Part shown: piece after piece, positions 37,201-45,611 of the stretch | Numbering within the stretch: position 1 is the stretch's first letter | Layout of the letters: each line of letters opens with the position of its first letter | NCBI GenBank assembly: GCA_900550565.1 | Contig: URSG01000002.1 | Location: 5,123-69,122 of the forward strand | Length of the DNA stretch: 64,000 nt | From: an uncultured Rickettsiales bacterium | Lineage (GTDB): Bacteria > Pseudomonadota > Alphaproteobacteria > Rs-D84 | Reading direction: 5' to 3' | Translations under genes and position numbers: made by a program | The notes under the pieces: generated by a model | What the model saw: only the letters and a program-made list of their open reading frames with translations | The model's database searches: none | Told to the model about the DNA's origin: nothing

Positions 37201-37740
37201 ACGCGATTCTTCGTGGCTGGTTCGGAATCCGTCAAAGAAATGCAAGAACGGCACCCGTGCTCGCATTGTTGCCGCATGTGCGATTGCCGCCATATCAGAC
37301 GCCTGTTGCACGCTGTGACTGGACAACAGTGCAAATCCCGTACTGCGCACCGCCATCACATCGCTGTGGTCGCCAAAGATTGACAGTGCGTGTGTTGCCA
37401 ATGCGCGCGCGGCGACGTGCATAACGAACGGCGTTTGTTCCCCAGCGATTTTATACATATTTGGAATCATCAGCAACAACCCCTGGGACGCCGTGAACGT
37501 TGTTGCCAGCGACCCCATTTGCAACGCGCCATGCATTGCGCCGGCCGCGCCCCCTTCGGATTGCATTTCAATTATCTGTGGGATTGCGCCCCAAATATTT
37601 TTCTTGTGCTGGAACGCCCATTCGTCCGCCAGTTCGCCCATTGTACTGCTGGGGGTGATTGGATAAATCGCCGCAAAGTCAACGCATCTGTATGCAACAT
37701 CCGCTGCCGCCCAGTTCCCATCAACAATCAAATTCGCCAT
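34228..37740 (-). CDS. nifJ: Pyruvate:ferredoxin (flavodoxin) oxidoreductase
   Basis: 1170 aa; N-terminal PFOR domain, two [4Fe-4S] CxxCxxCxxxCP motifs (CIQCGKCSMLCP, CTGCGVCVKNCP), ThDP-binding GDG...N. Confidence 0.9.
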   Translation of the reverse strand: MANLIVDGNWAAADVAYRCVDFAAIYPITPSSTMGELADEWAFQHKKNIWGAIPQIIEMQSEGGAAGAMHGALQMGSLATTFTASQGLLLMIPNMYKIAGEQTPFVMHVAARALATHALSIFGDHSDVMAVRSTGFALLSSHSVQQASDMAAIAHAATMRARVPFLHFFDGFRTSHEESRLVRIEDDVLRKMIPDELVRANRDRGMSPEHPTIRGTAQNPDVYFQGREAANPLYAATPGIVQECMDEFAKLTGRAYHLVDYVGDPNAENVIVAMGSACETIEETLPFLPRGLGLVKVHLFRPFPVDALRAALPKSVKRIAVLDRTKEPGAIGEPLYQDVKTVVGDAAAVYGGRYGLGSKEFKPRDVKAVYENLMRDTLHHNFTVGIDDDLSGLSLKTDPAFAVQAENFKTAILYGIGSDGTVGAVKNIVKIVGENSDLYPQSYAVYDSKKSGGLTASHIRFSDAPIKSQYLIEVADFISVSNFMIAQRFDVFRGLRAGGTVMINTSMAPDVAFANLPRETQEHLIRLRANVYFLDANGAANELGLGNRINTFIMLNFFNLTQIIDPAVAATSAKTAIEKTYKKKGMDVVQANWTAVDRAAEYLHQFTLPSSVSNFAPDFIPAMTPDAPAEIAGTLGEMAAQRGDAIPVSRFRTDGIFGAGQYPVGTSKYEKRSISQRVATCDLEKCIQCGKCSMLCPHAAIRIRALTADQVAAARESGLVVVPMKTPELGPDMYYTLAISPADCTGCGVCVKNCPVAALAMKDVRDVADENQRAFDAAVKLPDIPREKLNLNIPKHVELLPHYFEFPGACAGCGETPYIKMLAHLFGDHMVVANATGCSSIYGANLPTTPWTCDADGRGPAWSNSLFEDNAEYGLGMRLALNQKRDTLRSLLFELNVPNVDAMFDTHDIDAQRASAKMLRKKLATIDEPRARLAESLVDAIVDKSVWIIGGDGWAYDIGYGGLDHILHSGENVNVLVLDTEGYSNTGGQQSKSTPFGASMKFAIGGKEHAKKDLGMIAMMSGAYVAQIALGANPVQAIRAFREAAAFPGPSIILAYAPCIAHGFALQNGVQHQTQVVQTGAWPLYRFDPTMVMDGRNPLTLDSNIDNPAPLEDFLKTESRFGAARAVNPNFDRLVEFAKENNRYKGELKKYIAHFAMMHATNETKENGEG

Positions 37741-37889
37741 TTTGCCTTTTCCTTTTACAAATTTTATACAGATGCCAAAATCATACCGCGATTTTTATCG
37801 CAAGGCAAGATGATACTTGCGAAATCCATTGACAAAACCATATTTTTGTGTTAAACCAAAAGAAACAATTTTAAACCCCAAGGAACACC

Positions 37890-38576
37890 ATGTCTGAAAC
37901 AACCAACCAAGAAGAACAGATTGAAGTTGATGCCGGCATAGACACCAACGAAGTTGCATATATCAATGCAGAAATCGGGACCAGTTTGCTGGGGCAAATC
38001 TCGGTTGCGAACCAACAAGAAACCATTGACCAAATCGTCACTCGGATTCAGGCGGTTCCCCGTATGCCGACCATTTACAGACCCAAGAAACAGAAATCGC
38101 CATACGAAATTACCGATCGCCAGATTTTTGATTTATACATCAATGGATACGGTCTTGATTTAAATGCATACAGTGCGTTTGCGTCATTATTGGCGATTAT
38201 GCGTGCGCGTGGTGTAATTATTCGCACGAACGTCATCGGCACAGCCCAGGGCGTTGCCGGCCTGTTAGCCGTCCAAGGCACCCCTGGATTTCGCATTATG
38301 TATGAAACATCATACATTGTTCCATACAGTGTTCCTGCGACACGGCGCGTTGTCGGCTTTTCCGAAGTGGTTGCAGGCTATCAGCCGAAACCAGACGCCA
38401 CCAACAGCGACGCGATAAAATTGGTTCATTCTATATACAGCGATAATTCTAAACTGAGTATGGACGAAATCCGCAAAATGACCCAGGACGGCAAACCGAT
38501 TTCAGCGTATCATTGTCTGAAAAATGGTATGTGCGATTGGGTTTTACAAAGCAACGGAAAAATACGCGGTCGCTAA
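37890..38576 (+). CDS. Hypothetical protein with a ClpP/crotonase-like segment (active-site Ser not evident)
   Basis: INGYGLDLNAYSAFASLLAIMRARGVIIRTNVIGTAQGVAGLL resembles the ClpP helix/strand region, but GTAQG replaces the G-x-S-x-G context. Confidence 0.45.
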   Translation: MSETTNQEEQIEVDAGIDTNEVAYINAEIGTSLLGQISVANQQETIDQIVTRIQAVPRMPTIYRPKKQKSPYEITDRQIFDLYINGYGLDLNAYSAFASLLAIMRARGVIIRTNVIGTAQGVAGLLAVQGTPGFRIMYETSYIVPYSVPATRRVVGFSEVVAGYQPKPDATNSDAIKLVHSIYSDNSKLSMDEIRKMTQDGKPISAYHCLKNGMCDWVLQSNGKIRGR

Positions 38577-38581
38577 AACAA

Positions 38582-38601
38582 AAACGCCCAAACGGGCGTT
38601 T
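38582..38601. terminator. Bidirectional terminator (AAACGCCC-AAAC-GGGCGTTT)
   Basis: AAAC tetraloop family. Confidence 0.7.
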
Positions 38602-38603
38602 TT

Positions 38604-40028
38604 TTATTTTTTATCTTTGCTGTCTTTTTTATCCTTGCCGTCGGCTGGCGCGTCTGCGTCATCGGCCGGGGCAACGGCATCACAGACTGGCGCGCGCAGT
38701 TTTAACTTGGACATCGCACGCACCATATCCATCGCGCGTTGCAGTTGATAATCCAGCGCATCTTTTTCTTCGTCGGTCAATTCGGCATCTGGGTCATCAT
38801 CGTCATCAGACTTTTTTTCTGCTTTTTTCTTGGCCTTTTCGTTTTTCAGTGCGTTTTTGAACGACGCCTCGGAATACAGGCTTTCTTTGCGTTCAATCGT
38901 TTCAATTTTGCTTTGCAAAACCTCTACGTCTGGGGTAATTCCCTCGTTCTGGATTGAACGTCCGCTTGGCGTGTAATACCGTGCAATCGTGATATGAATT
39001 GCCGTCCCGTCGCCCAGTGGTTTTTGTTGTTGCACACTGCCCTTGCCGAAACTTTGCGACCCCATAACCAGCGCGCGACCATTATCCTGCAGTGCCCCGG
39101 CGACAATCTCGGACGCCGATGCCGACCCGTGATTTACCAGCACGACCACCGGTTTACCGTTTGTCATATCGCCTGGGTTTGCGAAACTGCGTTCAATATC
39201 CGCCTTGTCCTTGCCGCGCGTTGACACGATTTCGCCCCCGTCCAAGAACGCATCAGACACATCAATCGCGGCCGTCAAATATCCCCCTGGGTTATTTCGC
39301 ACGTCCAGCACATACCCGATTACGTTTTTCTTTTCCAGTTTTTCAATCGCGTTTTTCAGTTCTTTGGACGTTGTCGCGCCAAAGTCCGATATACGAATAT
39401 ATCCGATTTTTTCATTTGACCCCTCGTCCGCGTCGGCAATAGATTTTTCTTCAAACTTTACCGACTTGACCTTGATAATCGCGCGTTTCAGTGTGATATT
39501 GCGTGGTTCTTTGCCATCAGACACGATTGTCAGTTTAACCTTGGTTCCGGGGCGTCCCTTCATTTTTTTGACCGCCTGGTTCAGTGTTAAATCAAACACC
39601 TGGTCGCCATCAATATGCGTGATATAGTCCCCGGCCTTTATCCCAGCCTTGGCCGCAGGTGTATCGTCAATGGGCGAAATCACGCGAACTGCGCCACGGT
39701 CACTGGTGATTTGAATCCCCAGTCCCCCGAATTCGCCATACGATTTATCGTTAAATTCCTTGAAATCATCGGCCGACAGATACGACGAATGTGGGTCCAG
39801 CGCAGACAGCATACCGTTCATTGCGGCCTCTAACATCTTTTTTTCATCGGCTTCTTCTACGAAACTGTCGCGTGCGGTTTCAAACACCAGTGCCAGTTTT
39901 TTCAACTGTTCATAAATTTGTTCATCCGTCAGATGTACGACCGGTTCATCTTTTTTCGCCTTGGGCGCGGCGACCACCGACGTAATTGGCAACAACAAAG
40001 CGACAAAAATCAACAACTTTTTCAACAT
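38604..40028 (-). CDS. ctpA: Carboxyl-terminal processing protease (S41 family, PDZ domain)
   Basis: PDZ domain (GGLGIQI...GDYITHIDG), catalytic GSASASE and K dyad region. Start taken at MLKKLLIFV (signal peptide). Confidence 0.85.
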   Translation of the reverse strand: MLKKLLIFVALLLPITSVVAAPKAKKDEPVVHLTDEQIYEQLKKLALVFETARDSFVEEADEKKMLEAAMNGMLSALDPHSSYLSADDFKEFNDKSYGEFGGLGIQITSDRGAVRVISPIDDTPAAKAGIKAGDYITHIDGDQVFDLTLNQAVKKMKGRPGTKVKLTIVSDGKEPRNITLKRAIIKVKSVKFEEKSIADADEGSNEKIGYIRISDFGATTSKELKNAIEKLEKKNVIGYVLDVRNNPGGYLTAAIDVSDAFLDGGEIVSTRGKDKADIERSFANPGDMTNGKPVVVLVNHGSASASEIVAGALQDNGRALVMGSQSFGKGSVQQQKPLGDGTAIHITIARYYTPSGRSIQNEGITPDVEVLQSKIETIERKESLYSEASFKNALKNEKAKKKAEKKSDDDDDPDAELTDEEKDALDYQLQRAMDMVRAMSKLKLRAPVCDAVAPADDADAPADGKDKKDSKDKK

Positions 40029-40209
40029 ACAATCCCCTTTCCGTATATCCAAGAATCCCTGATTACCACCACACTTTAAAACAAAAACCGTGCGCCCGCA
40101 ACACGATTTTTGCCCCCACCCCAGGTTTTTTACAAAACGCGTCAGCACTTGACAAAACGCATTTATGTATTATATTACTTATATTCAAGACAACACCAGG
40201 AGTTTGGTA

Positions 40210-40932
40210 ATGAAAACGCCACCAGTCCGGCAACAGATAGAAGAAAACCGCAAAACAATTTCCGAATTGTTATCTGGCAGCAATACTGTAAAGCGTATGA
40301 ACAATATGAATTGGTTGCGCCACGAAATAGCCGAGGTTGAACCTCGCACGCTGTTTTATGTTCCGGCCAGCGAACAGGCGCCCTATTTGGACTATAATTG
40401 TATGAAGAACATTGGTCTGGCATACGATTACATTATCAACAACCCTATGAAAAAACTTGACGTTGCAGAAATTTGCTATCTGCACAATCTGTTATGCCAC
40501 GACACATTTATACCCGGCGGCCAACTCAGAACATCAACCAAAGTTCTGGAAATAAACGTTGACGGTCATCGTATGTATGCGCCCGACGCGTCTGATGTTC
40601 CGTATCAATTAAACAATATTATCTATAAATTGAATTCCAGTCACGAATCGGTCATATCGCGTGCATTTAACATCCATTACGAATTGATTGCCCTGCAACC
40701 ATTTGAAGATTTCAACAAACGAACCGCGCGCCTGGCGATGACGTGGACACTAATCAAGAACGGATATCGTCCGATTGTATTCAACCATCGTTGCGACAAG
40801 GCAGACTATCGCGCGGCAATCGCGGCCAACGCGAACGGCAATCACAAGGCATACACCCAGTATATGTATTCGTGTATGTTGCGGACCCAAAACGAAATCA
40901 TCGCCCAACTGAAAAAATCACGGATTTTATAA
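40210..40932 (+). CDS. Fic/Doc-family (Fido) protein with a degenerate motif QPFEDFNKRTAR
   Basis: Replaces HPFx(D/E)GNGRxxR; an NKR triad as in Doc; no catalytic His. AGGAG Shine-Dalgarno 8 nt upstream. Low GC. Confidence 0.65.
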   Translation: MKTPPVRQQIEENRKTISELLSGSNTVKRMNNMNWLRHEIAEVEPRTLFYVPASEQAPYLDYNCMKNIGLAYDYIINNPMKKLDVAEICYLHNLLCHDTFIPGGQLRTSTKVLEINVDGHRMYAPDASDVPYQLNNIIYKLNSSHESVISRAFNIHYELIALQPFEDFNKRTARLAMTWTLIKNGYRPIVFNHRCDKADYRAAIAANANGNHKAYTQYMYSCMLRTQNEIIAQLKKSRIL

Positions 40933-41861
40933 TGAACAAAACGCCAAAGATAAAGACATTAAATCACGGTCGCGAAACATACGCTGTATATTACGGCGAT
41001 GAATTCGTGTTAAAGCGTCCACTGCCGACATTTGGTGCGACCGCCTGTGATGCGTGGCTGGCGAAACAGCATAAAACCAAAGAAGCCATTGACCGCATTC
41101 GTGCGGTTGACAATCCGCTGTATAACGTTCCAGCAATGCGCTTTATCAACGACGACGAATACCAGATACTGGAAGAACGCGCCCCCGGCGTTCCATTGAC
41201 CAGCGATGTATATCGCACCCTGTCGCGTCGCCAACGGTATGAAATTATCAACAGTCTGGCCAGTTTTTTGGTTGATATGAATGAATCACAACCGATTGGC
41301 GCGCCCCAACCACACAAAATCGCATCAGAATTAAAGTTTGCGCGTCTGGACAATTTCATTGAAACCAAGATGCCCAAATGGTTCAACAAAAACGAAGTTC
41401 GCCAGATGTCGCGCATCCGTGACCAGGTTGCGTCATTTCAATACACAACGCGTATGGCATGGTCGCATTGCGATTTAAATCCAGGCAACGTTTTATACGA
41501 TGCCCGAACCAGCAAAATATCATTCATAGATTTTGCCGAGGCCGGCTATCGTTTTATCTATCGTGACATATTTGCGTCATTGCAAATAGAATTGGGAATA
41601 TGGAAACAGGTATATGACGCATATTTAAAAATGCACGACAAATCGTTATGGTCAATGCCCAGTGCAAAAAATGAAAACCTGCGGGAAATAATGAAATATC
41701 GTTTAATTACGATAATACTGAAACGCTTTATCAAGGCATCTGATGACCTGCGTCAAAATCCCCAAAACGACAAAGGCGCACGCAACAACATTGACAAGGT
41801 CGCATTTATGCGTGATTTAATGCAGAATTTACAGAACCTGGAACGTTCATTTCAGAAATAA
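40932..41861 (+). CDS. APH/choline-kinase-like phosphotransferase, translationally coupled to the Fic/Doc-like gene
   Basis: HCDLNPGNVLYD and FIDFAEAGY motifs; TAATG stop-start overlap; low GC. Confidence 0.7.
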   Translation: MNKTPKIKTLNHGRETYAVYYGDEFVLKRPLPTFGATACDAWLAKQHKTKEAIDRIRAVDNPLYNVPAMRFINDDEYQILEERAPGVPLTSDVYRTLSRRQRYEIINSLASFLVDMNESQPIGAPQPHKIASELKFARLDNFIETKMPKWFNKNEVRQMSRIRDQVASFQYTTRMAWSHCDLNPGNVLYDARTSKISFIDFAEAGYRFIYRDIFASLQIELGIWKQVYDAYLKMHDKSLWSMPSAKNENLREIMKYRLITIILKRFIKASDDLRQNPQNDKGARNNIDKVAFMRDLMQNLQNLERSFQK

Positions 41862-41871
41862 TCCAAACAAA

Positions 41872-41896
41872 AAAACGGGGTCACCCCCGTTTTTTG
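41872..41896. terminator. Bidirectional terminator between the kinase gene and the Cys-rich gene
   Basis: AACGGGG-TCA-CCCCCGTT with flanking A- and T-runs. Confidence 0.6.
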
Positions 41897-43384
41897 TTAT
41901 TGATAGAAACAAACCGTTTCGCTGCCCTTGATGTAATTATCAGACCAATAAAACGTTCCAGAACCATCATTTAACGTTGCCCCACAAAACGAATTATCTT
42001 CCTGGTTGCCTGTCATTGCATAACACTGGGATATCGTTGTTGCACCAACAACGTCTAGCTGCCAATAATCGCCATCAATGCCGGTATTAACCAATCTGTT
42101 CGAACAATTTTCATTTTGGCTAACAATCGTCAAACCACTGGACGCCAATGTTGGGCATGCATTGCACCCGGTCATACTGGAACCCGGATTTCCATAATAC
42201 CCCTTGTTGCATTGATACAGGCTGTCCATCGTCTTGACACACTGGTATCTGTCCGTTCCCGATATCGGCGAAAAATTATAATGATACTGTTGTTGATACG
42301 CTGGGTTACTGGCATCTTCCCAATGGGTGGTTGTTTGACACCCTTTACACCCACTGCAAGACGTTGGTTTTCCCCCAGACATTCTTTTACACGTGGTGGT
42401 CGTGGCTGTTTCATACGCCCGATTATCATGATTGCATTTATAATCAAAATCACCGACAACGGTGCCAGCGTTGGAAACACAACTGCCGGTCGTGTAATCA
42501 CATTTTCCCTTTAAACGGTACAAATAGTTTTTACTATTGGCGGCTAGATTCCACGCATTGGTGCAATCGGTACTGCATGTTTTTTTATACCGACAAACCC
42601 CGGCCCCGGCATTGGTGCTGGCTGTCAAATCGCAATACAACTTATTACTGTCCTCGTCGTCCGTTCCACCCTGATTGCAATTATACCCAGAAGAATCCGT
42701 GGAATTACACCCCAAACGCACCGCCACCGTTTTCAAAGAATTTCCCGTATACACAGTACACGTGCAAAACGGTTTGGTGCCACCAGCCCCAAGACTTGGA
42801 CATGTTGTCCCGACCCCCTCGGTCCAGACACAATCCCAATCCACACAGGTCCCGTTCGAGCATACACCATCACCCGCGCTGTCAAACAACTTTTCAGTTG
42901 AAAGCGTAACAGTTTCTGTTTTTGTTCTGCATTGATACAGGGTGGACGAATTACAATAACGGGTAGTGACCTCAAGCGTATCGTCATTAAGTTCCCGATA
43001 ACTCACCTGCGCTGTTACGCAATCCGATGGACATGTGTTGCTGCTGCCACCACCACTGCTGCCACCACCACTGCTGCCACCGCCACTGCTGCTACACACA
43101 TCCAGATTATCACACCATTCTTCGTCTCTGTCATTATACAACACTTGGTTACACGTAGTCCAACTTGATGTCTGTGAACAAACAGAACTGCTATAAACAG
43201 CTTCACATGCGCTCTGAACAACGTCATTATTTTGCAAACTATCACAGGTAAAATCACCTTCGTGCTCGCTTATGTATTGCACTTTCCACTTACACGCATC
43301 ACATGCGTCCCCAGCGACCGCCGATGAATTTGTTGAAATAACAGACAGAACCGATACGACCAGTATCGTTATTAAACGTTTCAT
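41897..43384 (-). CDS. Secreted Cys-rich surface protein with a (GGGSS)3 linker (hypothetical)
   Basis: Signal peptide; about 10% Cys. Tandem 15-bp DNA repeat at 43045-43092. Confidence 0.65.
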   Translation of the reverse strand: MKRLITILVVSVLSVISTNSSAVAGDACDACKWKVQYISEHEGDFTCDSLQNNDVVQSACEAVYSSSVCSQTSSWTTCNQVLYNDRDEEWCDNLDVCSSSGGGSSGGGSSGGGSSNTCPSDCVTAQVSYRELNDDTLEVTTRYCNSSTLYQCRTKTETVTLSTEKLFDSAGDGVCSNGTCVDWDCVWTEGVGTTCPSLGAGGTKPFCTCTVYTGNSLKTVAVRLGCNSTDSSGYNCNQGGTDDEDSNKLYCDLTASTNAGAGVCRYKKTCSTDCTNAWNLAANSKNYLYRLKGKCDYTTGSCVSNAGTVVGDFDYKCNHDNRAYETATTTTCKRMSGGKPTSCSGCKGCQTTTHWEDASNPAYQQQYHYNFSPISGTDRYQCVKTMDSLYQCNKGYYGNPGSSMTGCNACPTLASSGLTIVSQNENCSNRLVNTGIDGDYWQLDVVGATTISQCYAMTGNQEDNSFCGATLNDGSGTFYWSDNYIKGSETVCFYQ

Positions 43385-43486
43385 GTTTTGCCCCCCCGAT
43401 TGGCATTTACATAACTGTATTAAATGTTATCCGATTTCGCCGTTCTGTGTCAACCGCATTTTAATTACCAACAATTATTTTTTATA

Positions 43487-44905
43487 TCAATTATTGTCAC
43501 TACAATTATATGACCCGGCACCGCCACCCCAACTTTTTGGGATTTCACAATAATCACTCAGATTTTCATCGTTCAAATACATGTCACTGGCATTATCGTA
43601 ATTTGCTGTTGGAAACGCCTGGTATAATGGTATGCCGTCTGGGGTTCGTGCCGACGGCCCCGTTAGGCCCGGACAATCGCTGAATGTCCCAGAAAACATA
43701 GCGTAGGCCGGCGCGCCAGATATATTGCCAAATAATCCCAACGGGATTTCACCTGTCAGACCACTGCACCCAGAAAACGTGCTGTTAAACATTTCGTCGG
43801 CCGGCGCGCCAGATATATTACCAAACAAATTTTTTGGTATTGCCGTCAACCCCTTGCACGAGGCAAATGTCATGGAAAACATACTTTCGGCTGGTGCGCC
43901 CGATATGCCGGCAAATAATTCCGATGGAATTTTACCCGTCAGACCCAAACACCCCAAAAATGTTTCGGCAAACATACCTGTGGCCGGTGCGCCCGATATG
44001 CCGGCGAATAATTTTTCCGGTATCGCACCCGTCAGGCTCCCGGCCTCGGAAAACGTTTCATAAAACATACCGACGACCGGCGCGCCACTGATTCCCGAAA
44101 ACAATTCGCCCGGGATAGTGCCACTTAAATTAATGCAGCGCACAAATGTACGGCTAAAACGGGGCTGGATACCACCGGGCAATGTCGGAAATATTTTGCC
44201 CAAACTGCCCTCTATCTTTGCCAAATACTCATTACCTGCAAATGAAATCACAGGAACATAATTATAATCTTCATCTGGCGCACCATACGCAACTGCATCG
44301 TCATCCAGTGAAGTTGGATGAACCTCAGGTTCTTTGTCCTGGCTATATCCCGTTGCACGTCCACCCAGTTTTACAACATACGTTCCGGCCGTTTCGTATG
44401 TATGCGAAAACGACTGTTTGTTGACATCATTTTTCTCAATCGTGTCAACGGTGCCGTCGCCCCAATCAACATAAAACGTTCCCGATGCCGATAAGTCAAA
44501 ATTAAACTCGGGCGTATCAGGCGTCGTTGTCGCAATAAATGGATATCCACTTGGTTTGTCAACCAAACTTTCAATCGCGCGGTTTGCCGTCGTGCGATTG
44601 GCCGCCGCCGATGTGGCATACGGCCCCGTGCCATAATGCGTTTCAATATTAAAACGCGCGTTTGCACGGTCAACCATACCCAAAACATATCGCATATTCG
44701 CCGCCGCCGATGGATTGGTCAGCCCAGCGTTATATGGTATATCCAAACCCCACTTGGTCCGAATTGCGTCGTGAACATATTTCACGTTTATAATTGGGGC
44801 AATATCTGTGGCCCAGGCGCGTGTTGACAGCGTCAGTGGTGCAACCACAACCGCAAACATACACAATAACACTGAAACCAATCGCCGCATAATACCCCCC
44901 AACAC
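43487..44905 (-). CDS. Secreted BspA-like leucine-rich-repeat protein (about six tandem ~26-aa repeats)
   Basis: Repeats of IP..LF.(G/N)ISGAP...MF..TF..C.GLTG, encoded by ~78-bp tandem DNA repeats at about 43690-44160. Confidence 0.7.
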   Translation of the reverse strand: MLGGIMRRLVSVLLCMFAVVVAPLTLSTRAWATDIAPIINVKYVHDAIRTKWGLDIPYNAGLTNPSAAANMRYVLGMVDRANARFNIETHYGTGPYATSAAANRTTANRAIESLVDKPSGYPFIATTTPDTPEFNFDLSASGTFYVDWGDGTVDTIEKNDVNKQSFSHTYETAGTYVVKLGGRATGYSQDKEPEVHPTSLDDDAVAYGAPDEDYNYVPVISFAGNEYLAKIEGSLGKIFPTLPGGIQPRFSRTFVRCINLSGTIPGELFSGISGAPVVGMFYETFSEAGSLTGAIPEKLFAGISGAPATGMFAETFLGCLGLTGKIPSELFAGISGAPAESMFSMTFASCKGLTAIPKNLFGNISGAPADEMFNSTFSGCSGLTGEIPLGLFGNISGAPAYAMFSGTFSDCPGLTGPSARTPDGIPLYQAFPTANYDNASDMYLNDENLSDYCEIPKSWGGGAGSYNCSDNN

Positions 44906-44920
44906 AGAATAACAAAAAAA

Positions 44921-45532
44921 CTATGGCAATAATTGATCCGGCACATTTAACGTCCCGGTCACATTATATGTGCCACCTAAATCCTGGGACGCAGACGCCG
45001 ATGTATCAACGCGCGAATTGACCGCATTGTCAACATATTCACGGGTCGCAAAATCCCCTGCACTGCCAACCGAATCGCGCAGATTGTCAACGTCTGTGCG
45101 TAAATCACGTATTTCCGTATCAACATCGCCGACACGCGTATCCAGCCCGTCCAGGCGCGAATTTATGTCCGCCGCCGCCCTGGGATTCATATCGCCACCC
45201 GACGACGGTGTATCTGATTTAATTGATGCGCCACCACTGACCGATGTGCCGTGCCCCAGGTATTTACCAATGGACAAACGCGGTGCGGACGCCGTGCGCC
45301 CACGCGTCGCCGACGTCGTCGCAGATGCCGACGGTGAAATATTTGTCGCCGTGCCAGATTTGGTCGTCACGCGCAAAGACCCGGCACGCGCCACGCCCCC
45401 TATCTTGGCCGCAGACGCCGCGGACGCCGTCCCGTTATATGTTCCGGCACCGCCCAACGTGCGAACCGATGGCGCAGCATTCGCCGTTGCAACAAAAATT
45501 ATGCTGAAAATCGCAAGTGTATATTTTTTCAT
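44921..45532 (-). CDS. Secreted Ser/Thr/Ala-rich hypothetical protein
   Basis: Signal peptide MKKYTLAIFSIIFVATANA. Confidence 0.55.
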   Translation of the reverse strand: MKKYTLAIFSIIFVATANAAPSVRTLGGAGTYNGTASAASAAKIGGVARAGSLRVTTKSGTATNISPSASATTSATRGRTASAPRLSIGKYLGHGTSVSGGASIKSDTPSSGGDMNPRAAADINSRLDGLDTRVGDVDTEIRDLRTDVDNLRDSVGSAGDFATREYVDNAVNSRVDTSASASQDLGGTYNVTGTLNVPDQLLP

Positions 45533-45611
45533 ATCCCTACACCCTCCCCCCTGTTGCAGGAAATAAATTGTATATGGGCATTATATCACATTTTTAAACG
45601 TGGCGCAAACC

